Shown here piece after piece: positions 9,013 through 17,154 of a stretch of 64,000 bases of DNA (position 1 is the stretch's first letter; every line of letters starts with the position of its first letter). Under the pieces are notes generated by a model that searched no databases, had not been told where the DNA came from, and worked only from the letters and a program-made list of their open reading frames with translations. A program made the translations under genes and the position numbers. This DNA is from a virus. The DNA is taken from the IMG/VR virus record IMGVR_UViG_3300046169_000069. One strand, given 5' to 3'.

Positions 9013-10431
9013 TTAGTCGCACCCAAGTTCTTGACGCGACACTTCATCGTTGTTGATAGGACAGTTGCCGCTTGGTAACGACTCTGGCACATATCGCATC
9101 AACTCTGGATCATGCAAACCGTTCTCAAGGAACGCAACAAGGTTTGCAATCTCATCTTCGGTCAAGTCTAACGGCGTGAACCGATAGTCAAGGTCATACG
9201 TCTCCACTTGTGGGTGTTGGGGAACCGCATCAACTTTATATCGCACGACATCCTCTACACTAGAGAACGACGCACCGTGACCGAATACAGTAGTATCTAT
9301 AAGGTTGTAAAGAGGCGGAACTTTGAACGCAAACTTCTCCATCTCATCACCAGTGAACCCACCACGACCTTCTCTAGTCGCATCGTTGACTTCACCTACT
9401 GTATCTTCCCAGATGTCCAGATCGTGGAAACCCACAGTCATAAACACTTCGTCAGCCATAGCACCGACAGGTGATGACAAGGCAGGACCGTTGTGACATG
9501 CATAACAGTTACCCTTACCAAAGAACACCTCTGCGCCTGCGACTTCAGATTCAGTCATCGCAGTTTCGTCACCTTTCAAGTATGCTTGGAAGGGCGCTTG
9601 GTTTGCAAGAATGGTTCGTTCGTATGCGGCGATCGCCAGTGCAGTCGCTTCTAACATATCGTCGGGTTCTGCGACACCGTACGCAGCTTCAAACATCTCA
9701 CGATAAGTTTCGTTAGTGCGCAGGATAGAATCATCTGTGTCACCCTGACGATGCACACCTAGACCCGCAACTGCTTGTGTCTCTAGACCAGCAAAGTTGC
9801 GTAGGTTTGCTTCTTTCGGAGTACCTTCTGTGAAGTGACGATCGGGATCAATACCAACATTGACATTACCCGCAATCACATTACCTAACTGACCATTCCA
9901 CAACATCACTTCTTGGAATGCCGTGTTGAGTACAGTGGGTGATGCAACAGGTTGCACATCGATGTCTTCGGGATTGATACCCTCCATCACCATGCGGTGA
10001 TCGAAACCGATACCGCCTTCACCGATACCCTGACGGATACCAGACTTGAATCCGTTCTGTGCATTGTGGCATGACGCACATGAGAACGTGCTCTCACTAG
10101 GTCCGATATCACCTTCAGTGATACCAGTTTCGTGATAAATCAACTTGCCTAGTGCGACTTTCTCTGCGGTGATCTCATTGCTGGGATCCTGCGGGATGTT
10201 GTCGAAGTCATCACTTGCGGGTAGGATGTATGCCTCGTAAGTACCTGTCGGTGACGTAGAGTCAAGTAACGTGAGTAGATTGTCACGTGCCTCGACTGCG
10301 GGGTCGACGGGTGTCGTTACGGGCGTGGATGTGACAGGATCTGCCACGACGGGCGGTGGGGTGTCAGAACCTCCACCAGAACACGCACTTAGAAGTGCAG
10401 TAGACACAGCTACAGTTAGTAGTTTCTTCAT
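9013..10431 (-). CDS. Di-haem cytochrome c peroxidase (CCP/MauG family) lipoprotein
   Basis: Lipobox LLSA-C, two CxxCH (CASCH, CYACH), LGKLIY, PTVLN, FKVPPLYN motifs. Confidence 0.88.
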   Translation of the reverse strand: MKKLLTVAVSTALLSACSGGGSDTPPPVVADPVTSTPVTTPVDPAVEARDNLLTLLDSTSPTGTYEAYILPASDDFDNIPQDPSNEITAEKVALGKLIYHETGITEGDIGPSESTFSCASCHNAQNGFKSGIRQGIGEGGIGFDHRMVMEGINPEDIDVQPVASPTVLNTAFQEVMLWNGQLGNVIAGNVNVGIDPDRHFTEGTPKEANLRNFAGLETQAVAGLGVHRQGDTDDSILRTNETYREMFEAAYGVAEPDDMLEATALAIAAYERTILANQAPFQAYLKGDETAMTESEVAGAEVFFGKGNCYACHNGPALSSPVGAMADEVFMTVGFHDLDIWEDTVGEVNDATREGRGGFTGDEMEKFAFKVPPLYNLIDTTVFGHGASFSSVEDVVRYKVDAVPQHPQVETYDLDYRFTPLDLTEDEIANLVAFLENGLHDPELMRYVPESLPSGNCPINNDEVSRQELGCD

Positions 10432-10475
10432 AATATAAGAGTCCTCTCAATACTCTATTTCAATTTACAAAAAGA

Positions 10476-10505
10476 ATTATACTACAAAATATGAGGACTT
10501 GTCAA
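10476..10505 (-). promoter_or_regulatory. Sigma70-type early promoter for the peroxidase
   Basis: TTGACA-18-TATAAT. Confidence 0.75.
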
Positions 10506-10515
10506 GTGTGAATAA

Positions 10516-11202
10516 TTATCTATTTTTAACTCGTTTAGTAGCCTGACGTTCTACGTCAATCCACCGTTGCGCTTTCTTACCAACGGGTTTGTCGGTGAAT
10601 TTCTTTGCATCACGAAATGCAGTCAAAGTTTCTTTCTCGTAGTCTTTACCTTCAGAGTTATCTACGACCAAGAAGTTTACCTTACCAAACATACGTTGGA
10701 ACTTACCAATATTTCGTTGTACTGCTTTCCAGTATTCGGTAACACCTTTCTTGCCTAGTGTACGTGCACGTTTCGCATCACGGTTGATAGCAGTATCAAG
10801 GTCTGTGTTTACGAAAATCATTGCGACATCGTAACCCAAGGCTTTTACTTTCTTTGCCTGTTCAGCAATTTTATCTGGGTCTTTACCAGTACCATCTACT
10901 ACGAGACCAAGACGACCTTTCAGATATCTCTCTTCTTTCTTTCCGGTAAGTTTTTTTGCCTTACCGCGAAGTTCTTGTCCTTTTGGAGAGAAGATATTGT
11001 CCGGAGTCATATCCATATCAACCTTCTTCATTGCGGCTTCAAATGCGTCATCTGAGTTGACAACCTTGTAGCCCATAGAAGTCAGACCCGTCTTACCGAC
11101 GATGAATGACTTACCAGAACCCGGCCCACCCGCAAGAAAGATTGCCTTGAAGATTGCTGGATCATTAACGCCTTCGTCTAGGAATGTTTTAAAAGTTTTC
11201 AT
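10516..11202 (-). CDS. Zeta-toxin/AAA_33-like P-loop kinase with capsid-targeting-like N-terminus
   Basis: Walker A GGPGSGKS, VNSDD, VVDGT, lid RxxxRxR; starts MKTFKTFLDE. Confidence 0.8.
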   Translation of the reverse strand: MKTFKTFLDEGVNDPAIFKAIFLAGGPGSGKSFIVGKTGLTSMGYKVVNSDDAFEAAMKKVDMDMTPDNIFSPKGQELRGKAKKLTGKKEERYLKGRLGLVVDGTGKDPDKIAEQAKKVKALGYDVAMIFVNTDLDTAINRDAKRARTLGKKGVTEYWKAVQRNIGKFQRMFGKVNFLVVDNSEGKDYEKETLTAFRDAKKFTDKPVGKKAQRWIDVERQATKRVKNR

Positions 11203-11233
11203 TGGATTACAGTCAGTTGGTTATAGATGTGTT

Positions 11234-11241
11234 TATTTATA
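11234..11241 (-). promoter_or_regulatory. Late promoter TATAAATA
   Basis: Exact match 32 nt upstream of the kinase ATG. Confidence 0.7.
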
Positions 11242-11248
11242 CAAAAAA

Positions 11249-11336
11249 TGGCGGTGGGCGTAGGATTCGAACCTACGGAACCTCTCGGTTCAACGGTTTT
11301 CAAGACCGCCGCTTTCGACCACTCAGCCAGCCCACC
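11249..11336 (-). tRNA. tRNA-Ser(UGA)
   Basis: Cloverleaf with long variable arm, loop CTTGAAA, CCA end. Confidence 0.95.
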
Positions 11337-11341
11337 TAATC

Positions 11342-11566
11342 TTATGACTTGGGTTCTTGATAGAACCTTTTGGAAACTGCGTCCCACTCCTGTGGAGATG
11401 CATCATTCAATCGTTTGCGTTTGTTTGTCTCGACTAACTCATTAGGATACTCTGGCGGAGTTCTTGTGTTTTGATATTGATCAACACTTTTCGTCAAGGC
11501 CTCGAAAGTCTGATTTAACTCTTTGATACTCTGTTGCATTCTCTGCAACTCTGCAATGAAACTCAT
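11342..11566 (-). CDS. Hypothetical coiled-coil protein
   Basis: 74-aa ORF with GGAG RBS. Confidence 0.55.
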   Translation of the reverse strand: MSFIAELQRMQQSIKELNQTFEALTKSVDQYQNTRTPPEYPNELVETNKRKRLNDASPQEWDAVSKRFYQEPKS

Positions 11567-11580
11567 GTAATCTCCATGAT

Positions 11581-11605
11581 AAAAGGGGGGGAGTTGCCTC
11601 CCCCG
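11581..11605 (-). terminator. Rho-independent terminator
   Basis: GGGGAG-GCAA-CTCCCC followed by a T tract on the minus strand. Confidence 0.7.
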
Positions 11606-11666
11606 TTTGCTCTACTGGGCACCACTGATTCAGTTATTTAAAAAGGGGAATCAGACCCTTTATCTT

Positions 11667-11743
11667 TGGTCGGAGATGTAGGACTCGAACCTACGACCCC
11701 CGCATCCCAAATGCGGTGCGCTACCAGACTGCGCCAATCTCCG
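11667..11743 (-). tRNA. tRNA-Pro(UGG)
   Basis: Cloverleaf, loop TTTGGGA, CCA end. Confidence 0.95.
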
Positions 11744-11957
11744 TTAACTGTTTGAAACAAACTCGTTGATAACCTGAACCCTTTCCATGATATCTTCCAT
11801 AGTAGGGATATGTCGGAAACTCTGGGATGGTATCGACGCCACCAGTTTCAATCAAGACTTCTCGGCGATTTACTTTAGCCCAGTACTCATCTGTTAGGAC
11901 ATTTCTTGCTTCGTTAAAAATTTGGAACCGAAGTTCATATGGATTTGTATTAGACAT
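11744..11957 (-). CDS. Small conserved phage protein (frameshifted near 11805)
   Basis: AAGGAG RBS, MSNTNPYELRFQIFNEA...; removing one base gives ...YPTMEDIMERVQVINEFVSNS*. Confidence 0.6.
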
Positions 11958-12057
11958 AATTGTCTCCTTGTGTGTGTTGTGTGTTGAGCAGTTTTCCACA
12001 TACTCAGGTGACGGGCGTAACGACCAGTGCAAGTTTAAAGTCATTCCGAGACTATCT

Positions 12058-12256
12058 TTAGTCGAGAGTGATTTCTTCTCTCTTCTTCTTAGCGCCTTGC
12101 TTAATTCCAAGGGCGATCTCAAGAATCTCGATCTCCTTGTCCTTACGCTTCTGCCACTGCTTGTTCAGTACGGCCGTTCTTCTCAAAGAACTTTGACTCT
12201 GTGAGTCTCTCTAGTGCGCCTTCACGGCGACGGCGATCTTCTAACTTACCTCTCAT
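12058..12256 (-). CDS. Small basic hypothetical protein (one frameshift)
   Basis: AAGGA RBS; MRGKLEDRRRREGALERL...KKKREEITLD*. Confidence 0.45.
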
Positions 12257-12277
12257 AAACTATCCTTTCTATAAAGT

Positions 12278-12354
12278 TGGCGGAGCGGACGGGGCTCGAA
12301 CCCGCGACCCCCGGCGTGACAGGCCGGTATTCTAACCAACTGAACTACCGCTCC
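12278..12354 (-). tRNA. tRNA-Asp(GUC)
   Basis: Cloverleaf GGAGCGG..., loop CTGTCAC, CCA end. Confidence 0.95.
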
Positions 12355-12359
12355 AATAA

Positions 12360-12737
12360 TTATGGTTTCAATCCCTTTTTACCTTGGTGGTATCTTCCCC
12401 AGATACAGTGAGCAACTTCATGCCCAATCAACTCTGGTTCCCATTGCCACTCAGGGTCTTTAATATAAACTGTACATTCACCCGTTGACGGAATCCATAG
12501 AGTAAACGCACTCACCGAATCCCACTTTACACCTAACTTTTTCTTACGAGCAGAGTTGTACTCAGCTTGGTTCTTCAACAAAACAAAGTTAACCTTTGGG
12601 CTTAGATTCTCATATTCCTTTACAAGGAACTTAAAGTCATCCGCACCATAACGATATGTGTTAGTTACGCCGCTTGAAGCACAACCTCCTAAAACTAAAC
12701 TAATCGCTATCGTGAACGTGTAGTTGAATAAGCGCAT
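12360..12737 (-). CDS. Lipoprotein with HExxH zincin motif
   Basis: Lipobox LGG-C; GHEVAHC. Confidence 0.6.
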   Translation of the reverse strand: MRLFNYTFTIAISLVLGGCASSGVTNTYRYGADDFKFLVKEYENLSPKVNFVLLKNQAEYNSARKKKLGVKWDSVSAFTLWIPSTGECTVYIKDPEWQWEPELIGHEVAHCIWGRYHQGKKGLKP

Positions 12738-13044
12738 AATGCAAAACCTTCATTAGATCTTTCCGCGCATCGTCACGAGTCCCCTTCTTACCGTAACGCT
12801 GTGCGTACTTCAGTACATTACCGATACAGAAACCTGTACCATGACCCCCATCAATAATAAATTCTGTCGCCTGAAACTTCTCTTTGGCGTAGTGTTGGTT
12901 ATATGTAGAGTCAATATAACTCGCAAATTCTGCGATCAACTTATCTTCGTTGAACTTGTAGTTGGGCGGAAGGTCTAGTGTGAACTTAGGAATTTCTTCC
13001 TCAGTAACATAACCTTCGGCTCTCAGATCTTTTACGTTTTTCAT
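12700..13044 (-). CDS. DUF3310-like (T7 gp1.7/nucleotide-kinase-like) protein
   Basis: QHY...GFCIGNVLKYAQRYGKKG...DLMKVLHY; likely start MKNVKD at 13044. Confidence 0.7.
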   Translation of the reverse strand: MKNVKDLRAEGYVTEEEIPKFTLDLPPNYKFNEDKLIAEFASYIDSTYNQHYAKEKFQATEFIIDGGHGTGFCIGNVLKYAQRYGKKGTRDDARKDLMKVLHYALIQLHVHDSD

Positions 13045-13343
13045 TACCACTCCCTCAAAATAGTTGTTGCAATCATAAATCCGGAGACCGCATTCAACAT
13101 GATGAGTGCGCGGTCTTTCCAGATAATAGATACCCAAGTCCATAGTATAATACCTACGAACCCTATTGTCAAGTCATACATGCGATATTCTGGGCCCGCA
13201 GATCGCATTGCCAGAGAAATTAAAATCATGATTGATGCTGCCCACTTCAGATACCAATCAAAGTTCTCGGGCCACCACTCTCTGTCTGGTTTATTGCGAC
13301 CGTCTGCTCTCACTTGAGGGTCACCACGTCCTGTCTTAGACAT
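13044..13343 (-). CDS. Small multi-pass membrane protein
   Basis: Three hydrophobic segments; WYLKW...WKDRALIMLN. Confidence 0.6.
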   Translation of the reverse strand: MSKTGRGDPQVRADGRNKPDREWWPENFDWYLKWAASIMILISLAMRSAGPEYRMYDLTIGFVGIILWTWVSIIWKDRALIMLNAVSGFMIATTILREW

Positions 13344-14168
13344 TTAAACTCCTAACGGATTGGTAGACTCAATCCGATTTTTTGCAAGTAGGTGCAAAGG
13401 ATTAAAGGATTGAATTCTTTTTTGTGCCATATCAATATATTCTTGATGAATTTCAATACCTACATATTTTCTCTCTAAGTCTAAGCAAGACACCGCAGTG
13501 GTACCACTTCCCATAAAAGGGTCCAAGACAAGGTCGTCGACATAAGAATAGTAAGATATAATATTGTCGCTCAGTTTTTTAGGAAATGGTGCTAGATGTT
13601 TGGAGGCAGTTTCAGGATTAATTTTCCATACATTGGATCTCTCATATCCATCTGATACTAAAGACTCATCTAAGATTTCTCCACTATACGATCTAACAAT
13701 TTTATCGATTAAGAAATCACACGGCTTTTGAAAAATCAAAATGCTTTCAGTAACCAAATTGGGTTTGTATGCAACTGGTTTGCGATGTTGATAGAAACCT
13801 CCGTTACGATTCAAAGCAGACCCTTCCGGTTTCACCCATACTATATCATCAATATATTTCCAACCCATTTCTTCCATAATAGAGAACATGTGGAAAGGTA
13901 TACCCAAACGAGAGCTTTCTTTAGATCTAGATTCTCTGGCCTGTATCACCGGAGAAACGTTAATAGCGCACATTCTCCCGTCTTTTGTAACTCGAAACAC
14001 TTCTTTAAATACATCTCGCAAAAAATCCAGATACGACTCATAGGTAGGCCACACTGAATATGATCTTGCATTATAGTAAGGTGGAGAAGTGCATGTAAGA
14101 TGAACAGATTGAGAATCTAATGTTTTCAGAACATCTTTGCAATCACCATGAAGAATTTGATTAATCAT
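13344..14168 (-). CDS. Beta-class N4-C/N6-A DNA methyltransferase
   Basis: TSPPY precedes HLAPFP and VLDPFMGSGTT; likely start MINQILHGDC at 14168, overlapping the HNH stop (ATGA). Confidence 0.9.
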   Translation of the reverse strand: MINQILHGDCKDVLKTLDSQSVHLTCTSPPYYNARSYSVWPTYESYLDFLRDVFKEVFRVTKDGRMCAINVSPVIQARESRSKESSRLGIPFHMFSIMEEMGWKYIDDIVWVKPEGSALNRNGGFYQHRKPVAYKPNLVTESILIFQKPCDFLIDKIVRSYSGEILDESLVSDGYERSNVWKINPETASKHLAPFPKKLSDNIISYYSYVDDLVLDPFMGSGTTAVSCLDLERKYVGIEIHQEYIDMAQKRIQSFNPLHLLAKNRIESTNPLGV

Positions 14169-14611
14169 AACGACTCTATACGTCTCGCCGAAGATTTGTG
14201 AGAGTTGCAGTCTCCATTTTCTACAGACTTCCGGCCGTGACACAGTTTACAGAAAGTTTTTACATTTTCGGGCACGTTGTTGTAGTGATCTCCATCTATA
14301 TGATCTAAGTCAAGTGAGTTGGAAAATCCCCCCCAACCGTCTTTCGGTACCGGACAAGGAAAACCAAGTTGGCTATCTGCGTTTTCACAGTAAGTCTTCT
14401 TGTGCTGAGTCACACCTTCACGCATCACCCCTGTCTTGATTCTTCGACTACTGCAAGAACTACACTCTGACTTAAACGACCAGTTCTTCCATTCACGAAC
14501 TGCGACATTTCTATCACAACCATCATTAACGCAAAGAGGCAAGGTTCTTTCCTCATTGTAGAACTTCTCTTTCATAGCAGCAGAAGACATATTCACAATC
14601 TCTCTCATCAA
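14165..14611 (-). CDS. Zn-finger HNH endonuclease
   Basis: LDLDHIDGDHYNNVPENVKTFCKLCH plus N-terminal Cys pairs. Confidence 0.85.
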   Translation of the reverse strand: MMREIVNMSSAAMKEKFYNEERTLPLCVNDGCDRNVAVREWKNWSFKSECSSCSSRRIKTGVMREGVTQHKKTYCENADSQLGFPCPVPKDGWGGFSNSLDLDHIDGDHYNNVPENVKTFCKLCHGRKSVENGDCNSHKSSARRIESL

Positions 14612-14622
14612 TTTATGTAACC

Positions 14623-14652
14623 ATTATACCAAATTCTGGAGAAGTTTGTCAA
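14623..14652 (-). promoter_or_regulatory. Sigma70-type promoter for the HNH-MTase pair
   Basis: TTGACA-18-TATAAT with extended TG. Confidence 0.75.
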
Positions 14653-14700
14653 CACTTTTTGAAAACTTTATTATGTAAATTTTTCACTTGATCATAATAT

Positions 14701-14785
14701 TGGTGCGAAAGGAGAGACTCGAACTCTCACGCCTTGCGGCACTGGTACCTAAAACCAGCGTGTCTACCAATTCCACCACTCTCGC
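14701..14785 (-). tRNA. tRNA-Leu(UAG)
   Basis: Cloverleaf with variable arm, loop TTTAGGT, CCA end. Confidence 0.95.
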
Positions 14786-14789
14786 AATG

Positions 14790-14865
14790 TGGCTGGCGCG
14801 GCAGGGCTCGAACCTGCGACCAGATGATTAACAGTCATCGGCTCTACCAACTGAGCTACGCGCCA
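14790..14865 (-). tRNA. tRNA-Asn(GUU)
   Basis: Cloverleaf, loop CTGTTAA, CCA end. Confidence 0.95.
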
Positions 14866-14963
14866 AAAAAACTTATATATAATATGTACAGTGTAATAAA
14901 ACTGTCATACTATTAACTGCCGTGAGGCAACAAAAGTCGTCGTGAGACGACAGGAGAAAGCAA

Positions 14964-15248
14964 ATGAAACTAGTACTAACTTTATTGCTGTTGGTAGCAA
15001 CACCAGCGGCACTTGCAAACTCAGTCACTATCTGTAAAGATGATAAACTACTTATATCGTCTGATAGTGTGCATATTATATCAAAAAATCACGAGACTGT
15101 CAAGTTATCTCACAACTGTGATCTAAATATTTCACCAGACTCTAAAGTCGTGGTAAAAAACAACGGTCGTCGCATCGTCGAAGACCGTAGCATCGTGATT
15201 GAAGTAGACGATAAGCGAAACTCATGTGAGGTTCAACAAATCGTCTAG
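14964..15248 (+). CDS. Secreted small protein, the only convincing plus-strand gene
   Basis: AGGAG RBS, signal peptide MKLVLTLLLLVATPAALA, three Cys; fills a gap between minus-strand genes. Confidence 0.7.
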   Translation: MKLVLTLLLLVATPAALANSVTICKDDKLLISSDSVHIISKNHETVKLSHNCDLNISPDSKVVVKNNGRRIVEDRSIVIEVDDKRNSCEVQQIV

Positions 15249-15251
15249 TCT

Positions 15252-15845
15252 TTAGGCCACCTTTTCTGATTGTGGTATCGCGTTGCGCAAATACCCAAGT
15301 ATATTTTCAGGAGTGGTCATTTCATACGGATCATCATCCGCGTTATCTCGGATACTGGCTTCACGGAACAATGCCTCGATCACACCATCGGTGACGACCA
15401 TTGCGTATCGCCAAGAACGGTATCCGAATCCTAGGTTGTCTTTGTCAACAAGCATCCCCATCTCACGTGTGAAGTGACCAGATCCATCTGGAATCACTTT
15501 GACTCGCTTGAGTTCTTGTTGACGTGACCATGCGTTCATCACGAAAGAGTCGTTCACGGACATACAGTAGATGTCGTCAATACCAAGATCAACAAACTGA
15601 TCAAACTTCTCTTCGAATGTCGGTAACTGCATAGTGGAACATGTTGGCGTAAATGCGCCAGGCAATGAGAAGATTACAACACGACGACCTTCTGTGTAGT
15701 CAGCCATCGTAGTCTCTTCCCAACGATATGGGTTAGGACCATCTATCTCAGCATCACGTACTCGTGTCTGAAACGTTGCTTCAGGCAAAGTATCGCCTAC
15801 TTTCATTCCGGTGATTTTATTCCACCGTACATCATTATCTGTCAT
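15252..15845 (-). CDS. Peroxiredoxin (PRX5/Redoxin type)
   Basis: FSLPGAFTPTCS, SVNDSFVM, GYRSWRYAM. Confidence 0.92.
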   Translation of the reverse strand: MTDNDVRWNKITGMKVGDTLPEATFQTRVRDAEIDGPNPYRWEETTMADYTEGRRVVIFSLPGAFTPTCSTMQLPTFEEKFDQFVDLGIDDIYCMSVNDSFVMNAWSRQQELKRVKVIPDGSGHFTREMGMLVDKDNLGFGYRSWRYAMVVTDGVIEALFREASIRDNADDDPYEMTTPENILGYLRNAIPQSEKVA

Positions 15846-15996
15846 TAATCCTCCATCTCTGACAAAGTTAAACCTTTACTCTTTCTCCATCTATGTAGTG
15901 TCTCTTTATGTATGGTTTTATGGGAGTAGTACATCGTAATACCGCCAAATACCATAGGACACATAAAGACTGCGAGAAGACCCAACATCCCTATAC

Positions 15997-16257
15997 TCAT
16001 TTATATAAATTTCCGTACAGAGTTCCCATTATTCTATGATGAACAATTTCGCGACCTTCGGTCTCTTCAGTACCGCCACACCAAGAACACTCTTCATCTT
16101 TACCGATCCAGATGTCGCCTTCAAACATGCAGTTATGATTCCACACTATGGTTGACATATTTGTCCAGAAACACTCATTGAATGTCTTGTCCCAGACTTC
16201 GTTGCCTGTTCTTGAAATAGGCGACTCTGCGATCTGTATTAAATTATCCCAACTCAT
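15997..16257 (-). CDS. Hypothetical protein with Cys/His motif
   Basis: HNC...CSWCG; overlaps neighbouring genes. Confidence 0.5.
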   Translation of the reverse strand: MSWDNLIQIAESPISRTGNEVWDKTFNECFWTNMSTIVWNHNCMFEGDIWIGKDEECSWCGGTEETEGREIVHHRIMGTLYGNLYK

Positions 16258-16472
16258 CTTGAGGCCTCGCGTTCTGCGATTGCCTCCTGACTAAATCCGC
16301 GCATTGCAAGTTCATTGCGCATCTTTCTTTTTAGTTTCTTATTACCTGTACTGAAGAACTCGTTCCACAATTGTGTGTTGTCGAGTTGGTGCATATAGTA
16401 ATGCTTGTCGGTATTACGCGAACGCGCAATCGCGCTCTTGTAGACTTGACTTTGTTTGTACTTTACTGGCAT
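16254..16472 (-). CDS. Hypothetical basic protein
   Basis: Likely start MPVKYKQSQ after AAGGA. Confidence 0.55.
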   Translation of the reverse strand: MPVKYKQSQVYKSAIARSRNTDKHYYMHQLDNTQLWNEFFSTGNKKLKRKMRNELAMRGFSQEAIAEREASR

Positions 16473-16486
16473 AATATAGATTCCTT

Positions 16487-17104
16487 TTATCCGGCTGAAA
16501 TTTTGAGTGTTCCCAAATCGTTCCAAAGTTGACCCGCATTCAATGGGTCTGTTGTAGGCAAATTACCCACCATCATAATCACGTCGCCAAGCATTCTCAC
16601 TTCGCTATTCAATTCAATATACTCTTCACTCTCTAAATCGATCTTACCTTCTGCAGTGAGGTATATATTATCTTCAGAAACAATATCCATGTAATCGACA
16701 GAAGTGATATTGACATTTTCAGCAGCAGAGATATCAACATCATCACCAGCAGTTAGTCCGATATCGTCGCCGACATCAACGCTAAAGTCGTTTAGTGCGT
16801 TTATTTCAACATCCCACAAATCAACTCCGCCGGTTGAAAGTAGTTTTGGATTAGATGGTGCATCCGAATCACCGTCCGGATCAGCTACCTCGAACTTTAC
16901 GAAAGACTCACCACTGACGAGATTGCCAATAAATGAAGTTGCGATGACATCTCCAGTGACACCCAAATCTCCAGTGACTTGCATGTTAGTGTCTACGACA
17001 AATGTTTTTTTGCTTGACAGATTAGGCATCCCACTTTGTTCGGACAAAAGATCCGGAACATTAATTTCGCCCGAAGTAGTATTTGAAGTTTCTGTGTTTG
17101 ACAT
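16487..17104 (-). CDS. Late-expressed structural-like protein with octapeptide beta-helix repeats
   Basis: 8-aa periodicity (TAGDDVDI/SAAENVNI/TSVDYMDI/VSEDNIYL/TAEGKIDL); C-terminal LPTTDPLNAGQLWNDLGTLKIS; TATAAATA at 17146-17153. Confidence 0.6.
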   Translation of the reverse strand: MSNTETSNTTSGEINVPDLLSEQSGMPNLSSKKTFVVDTNMQVTGDLGVTGDVIATSFIGNLVSGESFVKFEVADPDGDSDAPSNPKLLSTGGVDLWDVEINALNDFSVDVGDDIGLTAGDDVDISAAENVNITSVDYMDIVSEDNIYLTAEGKIDLESEEYIELNSEVRMLGDVIMMVGNLPTTDPLNAGQLWNDLGTLKISAG

Positions 17105-17154
17105 TTTATTATACCCGTAATTTATTTAATTGTGCACATCACTGTTATTTATAA

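Noticed and set aside
10516-11202. Zeta toxin-antitoxin module
   Set aside because: No adjacent antitoxin; the late promoter and leader point to a virion-associated kinase.
11249-14785. tRNAs with UGA/UAG anticodons as stop suppressors or recoding
   Set aside because: These anticodons read UCA (Ser) and CUA (Leu); genes translate normally with code 11.
11199-14916. Short ORFs overlapping tRNA genes (11199..11387, 11227..11445, 14734..14916)
   Set aside because: Spurious translations of tRNA sequence.
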